Shown: one piece after another, positions 1 to 13,247 of the stretch | Layout: every line of letters starts with the position of its first letter | How positions within the stretch are numbered: position 1 is the stretch's first letter | DNA from: Octopus sinensis | Taxonomy: Eukaryota | DNA: 64,000 bases | Direction of reading: 5' to 3' | NCBI RefSeq assembly: GCF_006345805.1 | Contig: NC_043013.1 | Span: 18,042,001-18,106,000, forward strand | Notes under the pieces: model-generated | Told to the model about the DNA's origin: nothing | The model's database searches: none | What the model saw: the letters and a program-made list of their open reading frames with translations, nothing else | Program-made: the position numbers and the translations under genes

Positions 1-707
1 TTCAAAGCAAATGTTGCCTTTGAAACGTCACGAAGCCAAAAGTAAATAAATAAAATTTTCTTATTGAAACTAACGAACGAGCAGCTGAGAAGATTTGACA
101 GTTCTGAGACTAAAAGCGAGTGATTGCCTAATAGTTGTCATTTACAAACCAATCTTAGGCGTGGACATATTATAACAGCCAGAAATTTAAGCGTTCGAAA
201 TGTTGTGTTGCAGATAACAGAAATGATGAAATAGTTTTATTGTTTCATGTATTCTGGAGTTAATTCTTGTTAGGAAATAATTTTGAGTTCGGTAGAAACA
301 GAGACAAGTTCGTTATAAGTCAACTTTCCACACTGCGAGTATCGTTTCAGTTTTATGTGTTATGTATGGGACGGAGGCTAGCAACTCTAAGGACCGAATT
401 TGTTGCTTAGTTCCGAGTCGGCCCTGTTATCAGAGATGTTGCAACCATGATAGTAATGTCGTATGCTTTTTTTTTCCTCAGACACATAATATCCTAGACT
501 ACAATATTCAACGTTCCATTCTTATTAAAAAGTAAGGTTTAATTTGAGGAAGTCTAGCTACCGTTTTGTTTTAAAAATAAATATTCTGGTTGTGTTCTCG
601 AATATTTTGTTCTAAATATAAATGCAGTAATGTTTCTTTCTAAAAATGTATTGATGTATAGAAACACTCGTACAATTGTAAGGTTGCAAGGTATTTAACT
701 TCCACTT

Positions 708-1000
708 ACAGGGGTGGGGCAAAATGAATAATCTCTGATTTCTTGTTGTCTCCCTACATGTTTGAAATCATTATACTTGCAAGTATTGCATCGTCTTTAG
801 GAGTAATAATTGGTTAGCATAGTTGTTTTTCAAGTTGAGAGAATTTGGAACATAGTCGGATGACAGGTACTTTTTTCCAAGAAAATTTTCCTCAGATTCG
901 ACTGGATTGTAATTAAGGTTGCTAATAAAATATTTGGATAATTTTTGATGTTTAACAATCAATATTCTTTTCTCTGTCGGATTCCAAGTCAATTTCCACC
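708..1000 (-). mobile_element. Possible degenerate Tc1/mariner-like transposon fragment (N-terminal HTH-like)
   Basis: TACAGGGGTGGGGCAAAA end resembles mariner-type TIRs; W...EK...V..K.F and IRLCSKF segments loosely resemble the N-terminus of mariner-like transposases. Confidence 0.3.
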
Positions 1001-1269
1001 ACCACTAATGTCCAAAGTGGAGTAAAATGAGCCATGATTAATTTCAGTATAGTATATCGGGAAGAGATCCACTCCAGCCGATCGCGAAGAAGCTAGAGAG
1101 AATATTTTATTCTTTTACTGGTTTCAGTCATTTGACTGCGGCTATGCTGGAGCACTGCCTTTAGTTGAACAAATTAACCCCTGTGCTTATTCTTTGTAAG
1201 CCTAGTACTTATTCTATCAATCTCTTTGCCAAACTGCTAAGTTACAGGGACGTAAGCACACCAACATCA

Positions 1270-2115
1270 GTTGTCAGGATGTTACACAGAATAAGGAAAA
1301 CATAACAATGGTGTGTGTGGTGTGAATGTTTGTCTTAATCATTTCCAATGGGATAAGTGTACTGAACCAACAGAGGTGAAAGCTCTTTGAACTTCCTTTC
1401 ACCTGTTTGTGTTCAAACAAGTATGCTTTTAGAACATCCATCTCCACTGCAGATAAGGTCACCTAGGTAACAGGAACTACCTATTGTCTCTAGGCATTCA
1501 AAGAAAATGTATTTCTTGTGTGTTCTTTAATGTTTACTGCTCTTGCACATATTCCACATTCGAACATTGCTTTTTCCATTAACCTTTCTGTGAATCCCAT
1601 GCACCACTTGTGTCCGTAGTTTGCACTGGATACACCTTATGGAATTTCTGCCTACACTTTTCCAACATATTAAGCAGGGTCATTTGCCTGGTTTTTGGTA
1701 AGTTAACTTCAAGGCCCATTGATTCTCGATTTTGCTTCCACACCTACAATTTCTTTTCTACTGTAGATGCATCTGTAAGAACAAGGTCATCAACATAGAG
1801 GAATTCCCATGGGCAAGCTGTCTTAAATCTCCTCTTATGGCCTGGAGGACCGAGAACCGATTCCTGGTGAACTTGTAGCACATAAATTCATTGTACTTGT
1901 TTCCCTCACCTTACCTGGGAACATCCCTGTATGAGGCTTCTTTGGTTTTCAATCCATTCATCTACTCCCTAGCTTCCTCAGAGCCCATCACCAGGTCAAC
2001 AAATGCCAAGTACAATGGCTTACTTTTGATTAAATACTTCTGTAGATGTCTTAGAAAGAGGGCATCAATGATACTTCTCTTGGCACAAAGCCAAGCTGTA
2101 TTTCATCTAATTTAA
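1270..2115 (-). mobile_element. RTE-clade LINE reverse-transcriptase fragment, degenerate
   Basis: Minus-strand remnants QLGFVP, KPLYLAFVDL, RKLGVDEW, CPWEFLYVDDLVL, WKQN.ESMGLEVN; many stops. Confidence 0.85.
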
Positions 2116-3619
2116 TTCTGTTTCTAGTTAATTGTAGTTGTGAATCCCTCACAACTACATCCTTCTATCATATAATATATCCAAACCCCTTACCGTTGAC
2201 TTCTCATCTTGTTAAATATACCCGACATTTACTTACCCCATAACTGTTCTCTACTGTCCATTTTCAAATATGTCCCTTAGTTTTTATGGCCCAATCTACA
2301 ATACTACTCAACTAGGGGTTATTTAAAGGACAATAATGGGGTAGTTGTCAGAAACAGTTTAAATAGAAAAGGGAAATAAATTTCTGAAGTGGGCAGAGGT
2401 AAAATAAAGGTCAAATGTGCAAGTGTAAATTTACAGATTTTGAACAATAGTCACCAGTTCCTCCTTGACCAAAATAAATACTGGAGGGCAAGAAGGGATA
2501 CAATGTCTCCATTAAAGGTATGGTTGAAACAGATGGGGGTTATTAATAACAGAGCTGTAGGAACCATTACTGCAGTAGTTAGGAAGAGACGATGATGGTG
2601 GAAGGGTAGGGAAAGATAAGAAAAAAAAAAGAAAAAAGAAAAAAAGCTGATCAATGTATAATCCTTTTATTAAAGTTTCTCAACACAAATGGTACTGACA
2701 AAGTTGTCCACCACATTCAAAGACCATGTTCCAAAGTTGCTCTATGCATATTGTACATATCATTTGTTCTGTGTTGCTGATATTTGAAGATGAATCTGAA
2801 GACGAATCAAAATCATAATCTTAGGACTTATCTGAAATGATAAAGGCAAACATATGATTATGTAAGTAAATTTAGTTAAAAATCTTAAGAATAAGAAAAT
2901 TTAGGGTTTACTATTTAAATAAAAATTTCCATTTTTATGTTTAAGAGTTATTTTTTTAAAATTACTATTCTAAACAGTAGCTTAGTAATAATTACAAAAC
3001 TTACTTTAGTAAATCCCTTATTCTTTATTTTCAAAATAAATTAGAAACATATAAACAATGTATTTTATTAGAAATGTCGGCACAGATTGGTTAACATTTG
3101 AAGGGAAGTCTCTTGATTTATACAGGCTGTGCACTGTATTTGCTCCAATATATTTCATCACCATCATTTAATGCATACATTGCCATGCTTGTATGGGGCA
3201 GACAAGGTTTGTTGAGGTAAATTTTCTATGGCCAGGTAGAAGATTGGAAATGACTGATATTGCTTGTAAGAATGGACATACAAATGCACACATATACATG
3301 TATATAATAGACTTGTTTCAGTTTCCAGGGCTATAGTAGAAGATACTTCTTAACCACACAGACACACCTGCACCTATGGAACTTATTGATTGCAACATAT
3401 TTTACTGTTTCTCTATTAACAACTCAGAAATATCAACATTTCAATATCTTAAAATATCATTCCAAGACAACCATCATTTAACATCCAATCTTCATTTGTC
3501 TGTTTTGGCATGGTTTATATGGCTGGATGCTCTTCCTAATGTCCCCATTTTTCAGAGTGTAGTTGGTGCTTTTAAATGTGACACCTCTATGGATACTTTT
3601 ACATGACACTGGCACCCAT

Positions 3620-4790
3620 GAGTCCACAAGACTGGGACCTCTTAGCTGAGAGAGGAACATGGAGGACAGGCCTATATGTAAGGACAGCCACGATTTGACT
3701 TAGTTTGATGTGTCTTCTCAAGTACTACAAACCATCAGAAATCTTGATCCCATGTTATTTCCGAGAGGCCCAATGTCTGAAGATCCTTTTTCTCCCTTCA
3801 TCCCTACCTTCCTGGGTTCACCCCTTCTACACATTCCCTCTACAATTAGATCAGCACTTCTTGTAGCAGCTGTCCCTGTCCAGAAGACCATACCAATGAA
3901 GTCTTCCCTCTTGTACACAACTGAAGCCTTGCAGACCCAATTTTTTCTCTCAAATCACTTACATTCTGTTGTAAATGCACACAGACATTACCCATCCAGC
4001 AGAGCATGCTGGCTTCATTTCTTTCAAGCTTTGCCACAGCCCATGTCTCACTGCTATGTAGCATAGCTATTCATACACAGGCATCATACAATCTGCCTTC
4101 CACTTTGAGGGAGAGGCCTTTTGTTACTAACAAAAGTAGTAGCTCTCTAAGCTTTGCCTAGAACCATTCTTATTCTAGCATCTATGCTTTCAGAACCACC
4201 TCCTCCACTGCTAACTTGGTTGCCCAAGTAAATGGAAACTATCTACTACTTCTAAGAATCACCTGGACATTTGAGAGTCTATTTTCCGTACATTCCTAGT
4301 GTTTAATATACCTGTACGTCTGCCTCACATAAATACTACTTTCTCTGTTAACCTTCCTGATACTGCTGCACTGGGTACACTGTATGGACTTTCTACCAAC
4401 ACCTTTTTCTACATATTGAGCAGGGCCATCTCCCTCAAGGGATCAGTGATTTGTCTGCTTTCCTACTTACTAGGACTTTGGTCTTTGCTAAGCCTTTAAA
4501 ATCCAAACCTTGCTTCCACACCTGAAATGTCTTCTCTCGTTCTGGTAGTGATTCAGCAATAAGAACAAGGTCTCTCAAAGGCAGCCTGTCTTAAATCCCC
4601 CTGGCATGGCCTGGAGGACTACGATAAACAAGAGGGGGCTGACAGCTAATCCTTGGTGAACTCCCACCTGTACACTTCCTTCGTTGACTTTCATCTTACT
4701 GACAGCATCCCTATACATGGCTTGCACAGCTCTCACCAAACCACTCATCTATCCCTAGCTTCTGCACTGACCACCAGGTAAGAGACTATG
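3620..4790 (-). mobile_element. RTE-clade LINE fragment (RT core to C-terminus), degenerate
   Basis: QVGVHQG..SPLLF RT motif and MLHSSETWAV...LERNEASMLCWM..V C-terminal motif. Confidence 0.85.
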
Positions 4791-5073
4791 TGGAAGTTAT
4801 AGTTAAAAAGAAATGATTCTACATCACTCTTAACTTACCATAAAAAGGACATCGTGTTTATACTATATTAACACAACTATTAAGTTAAACCGTCCAGGTG
4901 AATGGGTTGGCATAGTTATCCACCAGATTACATCAAGTTAAGACTGCAGTAACAACTCTACTATATCACGGTATTCATTTCACAGGATATATGAAGTCCA
5001 TGTCTTAAAACGAGAAGCTGGATCGATCTGAAAAAGTAAAGACATTAAATAATGTTGATAGACAGATAGATAG

Positions 5074-5115
<42 letters not shown>

Positions 5116-5371
5116 GTCGTAGAAAAAAAAACTGAGAAAAGAAAAGGGGTTGGGGAATCAGATGAACAGAAAAAGATGGAACGAGGAAGTAGAAGAGAAA
5201 GAGAGTGGGAGGTTATCAGATAAAGTCTGATATTTGTTTACATTTGAAGAAGATCGTCACTTTCCGTAAAGTTTTTTTTTATATATGTTAGGATTAGGGG
5301 TGGAGGAAAAGGGTTTCTTTTTTTCTTCAGAAATGTAAATAAACCCACGTGGGTTTATAATTGGCAGTTAT

Positions 5372-6277
5372 GGTACTTGGGCACTACTAGCGAACAGTGG
5401 TCCCGGTGCGCGCTAGCTAGTCGTAAGTAGTCGATCCTACAACGACTCGCGAATATGCAAATGAATAGATTCGCGCACGCGCGATACATGTTTGCATCGC
5501 ACATGCGGCAAATTCGTTTCTGAAGGAGAAGAAAGTTTTGAACCATGTTTACATTGCCGATATATTCCGGTTGTTGGGGTGCGTAGAATGGTATTAATGA
5601 AATGGATGTGATACCAAAATACACCCATTTCAAGGTGAACCATTCGGAAAATTTCGCAGACGCAAATTCTGTGGAATGTTATTGGAAGAATGCAAAAAGC
5701 CGAAGACTATGATGGGGGTCCACACGAACATGATGGAATCGTACCTGGACGAATTTCTTTGGAGAGAAGAATACGGAAAAAGTGGCAAGGAATGTTTTGA
5801 AAACATTCCGAAGCACCTTTCAGAATGGTTCACATTCGAGGAAATCAAATGAACTTCAACATTTCATTTTATTGTTTGGTGGCATTTTCGAACGAATTGC
5901 AAGAACTGTAAGATATTCAATTTTTTATTTGCTATTTGCTTTTTATTTACTTTGTTCGAAAAATATTATTTAATTTGTGTAAAAAAATTATATACATTAA
6001 AAAAAAAAAAAACCTTAGTTTGTTTATAATAAATAGTTTATTTACTTAGTTTAAAAAAATTATATACATTTAAAAAAAAACACCCTTACTTTGTTTATAA
6101 TAAGTAATTTATTTCCTTAGTTTAAAAAATTATTTACTTTGCTCGAAAAATATTAATTTGTGTATCGCGTATGCGCGAATCTATTCATTTGCATACGCGC
6201 AAGTCGTTTTAGGATCGACTAGTAACGACTAGCTAGCGCGAGTGCGCGCACCGGGACCACTGTTTTCAAGTAGTACC
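5372..6277 (+). mobile_element. Merlin-superfamily (IS1595/ISXO2-like) DNA transposon deletion derivative with about 130-bp TIRs
   Basis: Inverted repeats about 5372-5505 and 6163-6277, both starting GGTACT and CpG-rich. Internal 5560-5852 reads IYSGCWGA*N..YTHFKVNHSENFAD..VECYWKNAK / GVHTNMMESYLDEFLWREEYG. No clean TSD found. Confidence 0.8.
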
Positions 6278-6573
6278 AGTCTTAAGGTATTTATTGTATA
6301 TGCAATATAAACATTTACCGAATCTAGTTCCGTTATATTATTGCCGAGTTTCCAGCTAATTCTGACTTCCGTGAAGTTCGATTTTTCACTTTCCGGATAT
6401 TTAAAACTCAGGATCGCCTCCAGAGTAAAATAACGGAATACGTATAATATTGTATGTACTTAACATAATGTAAAGATTAATACATTACCTTTAAAGAGGA
6501 AGAACTCGTCTTCTGGAGACTTTCTTCCAGAGATTCCTCGCCTTCAGCCATGGTTCCCTTTAAATTAAATCAG

Positions 6574-6596
6574 TGACGTCAATATTCTCAACCAAT
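6574..6596 (-). promoter_or_regulatory. CRE (TGACGTCA 6574-6581) and CCAAT box (6592-6596) just upstream of the ATG at 6551
   Basis: Perfect palindromic CRE plus CCAAT within 45 nt of a Kozak-like ATG and a donor-bounded first exon. Confidence 0.55.
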
Positions 6597-6721
6597 GAAA
6601 TCTCTTTTGTTCCTCTCTTATTCTTCCTCCTCTTACTGTATCTCCACCTCCTGGCTACCAATTTTTTTCTTAATTCTGCCTTATTTGATTGTATTACCTC
6701 CGCCTGGAGGGATTTAGTCAA

Positions 6722-7040
6722 GGCGGCGAGGGGATGGCAGAAACGATAGCACGCCGGGCGAAATGCTAAGCAGTATTTCGTCTGCCGCTACGTTCTGAGT
6801 TCAAATTCCGCCGAGGTCGACTTTGCCTTTCATCCTTTCGGAGTCGATAAATTAAGTACCAGTTACGCACTGGTTTCGATGTAATCGACTTAATCCGTTT
6901 GTCTGTCCTTGTTTGTCCCTTCTGTGATTAGCCCCTTGTGGGTAGTAAAGAAATATGTATTTCGTCTACCGCTACGTTCTGAGTTCAAATTCCGCTGAGG
7001 TCGACTGTACCTTTCATCCTTTCGGGGTCGATGAAATAAG
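6722..7040 (+). mobile_element. tRNA-related SINE (family A) plus partial tandem copy
   Basis: GGCGGCGAG..GGCAGAA head, GTTCAAATTCC B-box-like motif; core GTCGACTTTGCCTTTCATCCTTTCGGGGTCG recurs in more than 15 places in the window. Confidence 0.8.
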
Positions 7041-8392
7041 GGATCTTTTCCTTTTGAACGGCACTTTGTAACGTAATTTCTAGTTAACTAAACACTTTTA
7101 AACTTCGTATACTGGTAGAATGTGAGAAATACTCAAACATATTCTTCAGGCACTAACCACATATAACAAACTAAAAAAATTGAATAATAGAAGAAATGCG
7201 GAAATACTGAGAAGGCAGCATTGTATTGTGCCCTTTAAATAAATAATATATATATATATATATATCATCATCATCATCATTTAACATCTGCTTTCCATGC
7301 TAGCATGAGTTGGACGATTTGACTGAGGTCTGGAGAACCAGATGGCTGCACCAGGCTCCAATCTGATCTGGCAGAGTTTCTACAGCTGGATGCCCTTCCT
7401 AATGCCAACCACTACGAGAGTGTAGTGGGTGCTTTTACGTGCCACCAGAACAAGGGCCAATCAGGCGGTACTGGCAACAGCCACGCTCAAATGGTGCTTT
7501 TTATGTGCTACATGCACAGGAGCCACTCCAGTGGCACTGGCAATGACCTCACTTGAATGTTTTTTCACATACCACCATGTCATCATTTAATGTCCATGTT
7601 CCATTGTTCCATGCTGGCATGGGTTGATAGGATTGAATGAGTCCAAGTTCCATTGTTCCTGCTGGCATGGGTTGATAGGATTGAATGAGTCCAAGAACTT
7701 CTTTGTGCTCTATTGTCTATTGAATGAGTCCAAGAACTTCTTTGTGCTCTATTGTCTGCTTTGGTATGACTGGATACCCCTACCTAACAACAACCATGTT
7801 ACAGTATACTGGGTGCTTTTTTTAAGCCACCAGCACTAGTGAGGTCACAAAACAATGAGCCCTGGGAGAAGTAACTTTATGCTAGGAGATGAGGGGCAAA
7901 AGATAGGTTAAAGCATGAGAGAAGGAGCCAGTGTCAAACAGGCTTCTTGTTGTAGGGGAGCTACATGGTTACTCACATTTTAGAAAAGGGGGTGGGAGAG
8001 ATCAGGTGAAGCTGGAAAGAGATAAACATAATGATGATGAGGTATCTGGCTGGAGACTAAAGGTTCAAGGTGAGTAGGAGTGGGGACAGAAGTATCAGTA
8101 GTGTGGGTGTCCAAAGTACCAAGCAGTGGGACTGAATCTGGAAACATGTGGTTGGGAAGCAAACTACTTACCACACAGCCAATATATATATGACAGGCTA
8201 CAGCCAAATTCTGCTCAAATCCACTCACAAGCCTTTGGTTGGCCCCAGCATGAGGCTATAATAGAGGACATTTGCCTGAGGTGTTTTGCAATGAGACTTG
8301 AATTGAAGCAAGCTTCTTAACCACATAACCACTCCTGTAATGGATCTGTATCAGTAAATAATAAATTGAAAAATGTTACTTTGTATAATACA

Positions 8393-8904
8393 CTGTAAAT
8401 CCTCGAGTATAATCCGCATTTTTCCCCCAAATTTTAAAGGTCAAAATCCTTAGTGAGTACTATATACGAGGTTAAAAATGAAAATTATTTTCTAAGTAAT
8501 GTCCGAGTCCTTATTTGCTCTCCGGTAATGTTTATTCAGATGCATTTTGTGATGTCGGCCGCGAAAATACCTTAAGCTAAGCCTGAAAGCAATGAAGTCA
8601 TAAAAGAATCATCCATAACTTGCAGTAAGCAACATTTATTACACGTTATTGCTGTTATTTCTTTATTTTCTGCAAACAAAATGCACAAAAAAGCTACATG
8701 TTTGCATTATGTTATATATACAATAATAATAAAGGACGTTAGCGTATACATTTTTACAAACCAAGGACGTTATATAGACCTCCTTGACTCAAGTTAGAGA
8801 AGGGGTGCGTATTATACACAAGGTTTAGGTTTTTCAGAGGTACAGCCCCCTAAAAATCCCCTGCGTATTATACTCAAGGGTGGACTATACTCGAGTATTT
8901 ACAG
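8393..8904. mobile_element. Non-autonomous TcMar (Tc2/Tigger-like) element
   Basis: TIRs CTGTAAATCCTCGAGTATAATCCGC / GTGGACTATACTCGAGTATTTACAG; TA on the right flank, CA on the left. Confidence 0.75.
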
Positions 8905-9384
8905 TAGTCTGTAGACTTAAGCCATCACTATTTCTAAATCATTCTGTGTTGTAGAGTCTTATCATCATAATCCCCATTTTAATTTCCACTTTTCCTGCCT
9001 GCATGGGACAAATGGAATTTGTTGAGACAAATTTTCTTACAGCCAGATGTCGTTTCTTCTTTCCACTGTCAAAGAGGAGGCACAACACACACACTATGCT
9101 TCATTCAGTTTATATCAACCGAATTCACTGATAATACTTTTGTTGGCCCAGGACTGAACTCAAAAACCATGTGGTTGAGAAGCAGACTCCCACACAGCCA
9201 CACCGGTGCCTATCTATTCATTGGTCTTACTGGAATCATCTGTCTTGCTTACTAAGATTAAATTTCCAGCACTGCTAGGAGGTTTTGTCCACTAATTGCA
9301 TGGATATCAAATGGTTCCATGATGTTCCACCATGGCTGCAGTCTAATGACAGAAACAAGTGAAAGACGAAAGATATGTAAGCAT

Positions 9385-9735
9385 AGGCGCAGGAGTGGCT
9401 CTGGTTCTGGGTTCAGTCCCACTGCATGGCACCTTGGGCAAGTGTCTTCTACTATAGCCTTGAGTGGATTTTGTCGATGGAAACTGAAAGAAGCCCGTTG
9501 TATATATGTATATATGTGTGTGTGTCTGTGTTTGTCCCCCCAACATCGCTTGACTACCAATGCTGGTGTATTTACGTCCCTGTAACTTAGCGGTTTGGCT
9601 AAAGACACTGATAGAATAAGTACTAGGCTTACAAAGAATAAGTCCTGGGGTCGATTTGCTCGACTAAAGATGGTGCTCCAGCATGGCTGCAGTCAAATGA
9701 TTGAAACAAGTAAAAGAGTAAAGAGTAAGAAAGAG
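9385..9735 (+). mobile_element. SINE family C (GCAGGAGTGGCT...internal TA/TG microsatellite...AAGTAAAAGAG tail)
   Basis: Near-identical copies at 12925-13437 (-), 62149-62553 (+), 10135-10550 and partial copies elsewhere. Confidence 0.8.
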
Positions 9736-10819
9736 TATAGTTGTGTGGTTCAGGAGTTCATTTTTACACTCAAATACCACATGGTTTCAGGTTCAGACCC
9801 ATTGCACAGTACCTTGGGCAAGTGTCTTCTGTTATAGCCTGGGCTAGCCAATCCTTTCCTTATGACTGAATTTGTTAAAAAGAAACTGTGAAGAAGCCCA
9901 TCATGTGTGTATATGTTTACATTTGTGCTTCTCTGAAATTCAGTTGTTTCACCTATTAACAGATCGTCAGCTGGCTTTGTGCCTTTAAGGTCACGTGGAA
10001 TAAGGGAACTGTTACTTGGAAAACAGATAAGGGTTCACGGTAGGGAGGGCATTCAACGCCTCAATAATACAGTCATCTAACCTATGTTAGCACTGAACAA
10101 ACAAACATAAAAATAACGGACAAAACTAAAGAAGACATGGCTGCATGGTAAGAAGATTGCTTACCAACCATATGGTTCCAGGTTCAGTCCCATTGTGTGG
10201 CACCTTGGGCAAATGTCTTGTACTATAGCCTCAGGCCAAATTAAGCCTTGTGAGTGGATTTGGTAGACAGAAACTGAAGTAAGCCTGTTGTGTGTGTGTA
10301 TATATTTATATATATATATATATGTGTGTGTTTGTCTCAGAGTCTATGCTTGTCTCTACCACAGCTTGACATCTGGTGTTGGTTTGTTTACATCCCTGTG
10401 ATATAGCAGTTTGGAAAATGTGATCAATGGAATATGCACCAGGCTTTAAAGATAAGTACAGTGGTTGATTCATTCAACTATAAAAAACCTTCAAGGCTGT
10501 GCTGCAGCATGGCCACAGTCTAATGACTGAAACAAGTCAAGATAAAAGATTAAAGAAGTATGCATGAATGTTAACATTCTTCACTTTGCATGAAAGCATT
10601 GAGCTAAAACAATTGGTGATATTTGTTGACGTTCACTGTCAAAAGAAAAAAAGTCCTCTGGCTTTGTTCACTTACAGGGCATCTGGCCGTGAAATAACAT
10701 CACAATAAGATGTATTTGTCCAACCCATGCTAGCATGGAAAACATAAACGTAATACAAATGATTGTATATATATCCATTTTCTAATTAGGATTTGGAATT
10801 TTAACCTTTTATTATTAAA

Positions 10820-11216
10820 CTAGCAGTATCGCCCGGCGTTGCTCGGGTTTGTAAGGGAAATAACTATATAAGCATTTTTAGAGAGTTATAGCCAAAAAAT
10901 AGCAAAAAAAATGCATTAAAAATGGAAAAAAATGATGGTAAATTTTTTTTTAAATCGTTGACTTATCGTAGACATTTTTAGAGAGTTACTTCCCTTATAT
11001 AATAGCGAAAAAATGCATTAAAATGGAAAAAATGATGGTAAATTTTTTTAAAAATCGTAGACTCATCGTAGACGCGCACTAATACCCAGAAGGGCTCGAT
11101 ATGAATCACGACTATAAGATACCCGGTTTTGGTTAAACTGCACTGCAAAATGTGGGAGTAGTTAGGAATCTAAATCGTAGGAGACAGACACACAACTTCA
11201 CTTTTATATATAAAGA
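10820..11216 (-). mobile_element. Non-autonomous Helitron
   Basis: On the minus strand: A|TC 5' end, CCCGAGCAACGCCGGG hairpin and CTAG|T 3' end; second copy at 60223-60726. Confidence 0.88.
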
Positions 11217-12924
11217 TTACGACATATTAATAATTCTTTTTAAGCAGAAATAAAGGAAGCAATATGAGAAATAGTGAGTATATCAACAAATTTATTCTGT
11301 TAGTTTCAGAGTTAGTTCTCTTGCAAAAAAAAATAATAATAAATAAATGCATAAAAAAAATAGAAAGAGAGAGAGAAAGAAAGGGCGAGAGAGAGAGAGA
11401 AATATTGAAAACAGTTCCATTTTATCACAGGTATAAGTCATCTTATCATCGTCCTGCATTGTTCCGTTGTTATAAAAGAGAGAGAAACAGAATGAGATCC
11501 GTTTAGGACCAAACCGTTTCTGGGATTTTTGTGCAGGGGATTCTTTACAGAAATGAATTCTTACTGGTCACTGTCTGGTCATTTGCAGACAAAATTCTTG
11601 CATATTCATTTTTAACTATTGATGGTTACAGCTTAGAGAGTAAAAAATAAATAAATGGGGAATTAATTTCAAATATGAAAATAATTTCTAGAAATAAATT
11701 TTTTTTACATATGAAAATATATCTTGAACAAAAGAAAAAAAATTGTATGCAAGTGTGGTGTGTGTGTATATATATATATATATATACATACACACACACA
11801 CACACATACACGCATATTTAGGTATATGTGAGTATACGTATGTATGCATATATATCAAGAGACAGGAAGAGAAAAATAAAACGCAAAACATATTTTAGTC
11901 TTGCTAATAATAATAATAATAATAATAATAATATATCAATCTAAGACCCTTTTAACTCTTTCACGGCCATAATACATAGTCTCTATGTTGGAATTAATTT
12001 TCAAAATAATCTAGAATTTGGTGGGATTTGGTAAAATACCTTTATTGTCATTAATAATTCAGTCTTGGGTGTCTTGAATAAAATTACAGTGAATGATTTT
12101 GGACTTATTGAAAATATGGCCACTTTAAGATATGACTTAACATAGGTTGTCTAATGGTCTCAGGAAGCTGAGTGCATAAAAATACAAAAAAAAAAAAAAA
12201 AAAAATTCACTATTTTTCAGGGAGTATTTAGGAATAAAATTTGTATTGCATTTTAAAATCCTGTTTTTCGCAGGTTCCAGTACCCAACATTTTATGTGAA
12301 TCACTGTAATGATGAGGCTCATCTTACTCTAAAATATATTGTTTTTAACATAAGTCTATAAAGAGGTTTTATATCAGACACTTCCACAGCATCATGCCTT
12401 CCAAAAGTGTGTATATATTTAGTGATACACAAATGGTGGTTTTCGTTAATTGCTGTTTCAGTTGTGCACACTGAATTTTTCTATAACTAAGCAAGCTTTT
12501 GCAATAACTGCGAATGTGTTATTGCTGTTTCTTATACATCGAAGCACAAATTTTATTTAAGCAGGTCACAATTAGGGTGCAAAATATCGACCAACTCCAA
12601 ACGGAGTGAAACACAATCTGTTGTGTCTCGTGGGAGTCATTGCAGCGATGATGTTTGTCTTGCTCTGATCTTTTATCTTTTGTCTTTTACTTGTCTCAGA
12701 CTTTTGGACTGTGGCCATGCTGGGGCACTACTTTGAAGAGTTTAGTCAAACAGATTGACCCCCCCAGTACTTATCTTTTTAAGCCTGGTACATATTCTAT
12801 TGGTCTCTTTTGCCAAACTGCTAAGTTATGGTATGTAAACAAACCAGCATAGGTTATTGAGTGGTGGTGGGGACAAACACATACACAAAGACACACAGAT
12901 ACATATATATATATATATATATAT

Positions 12925-13170
12925 ACTCTCTTTTTACTCTTTTACTTGTTTCAGTCATTTGACTGCGGCCATGCTGGAGCACCGCCTTTAGTCGAGCAAA
13001 TCGACCCCAGGACTTATTCTTTGTAAGCCTAGTACTTAGTCTATCGGTCTTTTTTTTTGCCAAACCGCTAAGTTACGGGGACGTAAAACACCCAGCATTG
13101 GTAGTCAAGCGATGTTGGGGGGACAAACACAGACACACAAACATACATAAACACACACACACACACTATA

Positions 13171-13247
<77 letters not shown>

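Larger units (their letters stand above)
2666..6551 (-). pseudogene. Decayed ankyrin-repeat + C-terminal RING E3-ligase-like gene (3 exon remnants)
   Basis: Exon 1 6489-6551 (gaaccATGG context, MAEGEESLEESLQKTSSSSLK|gtaatg). Exon 2 4839-5027 (ttttcag..ATG|gtaagt) reads LHISCEMN/YRDIVELLLQS*LDV/NLVDNY, an ankyrin repeat with frameshifts and a stop. Exon 3 about 2680-2831 reads MICTICIEQLWNMVFECGGQLCQY, a truncated RING, followed by AATAAA at 2666-2671. Confidence 0.65.

Noticed and set aside
1-350. Promoter-like stretch (CCAAT, AGGCGTGG)
   Set aside because: No linked exon within the window; cannot be supported from sequence alone.
5382-6275. CACTA-superfamily interpretation of the 5.4-6.3 kb element (CACTAC at 5382)
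   Set aside because: The right end reads TAGTA with no matching TSD, the inverted match extends to GGTACT, and the internal peptide is Merlin-type.
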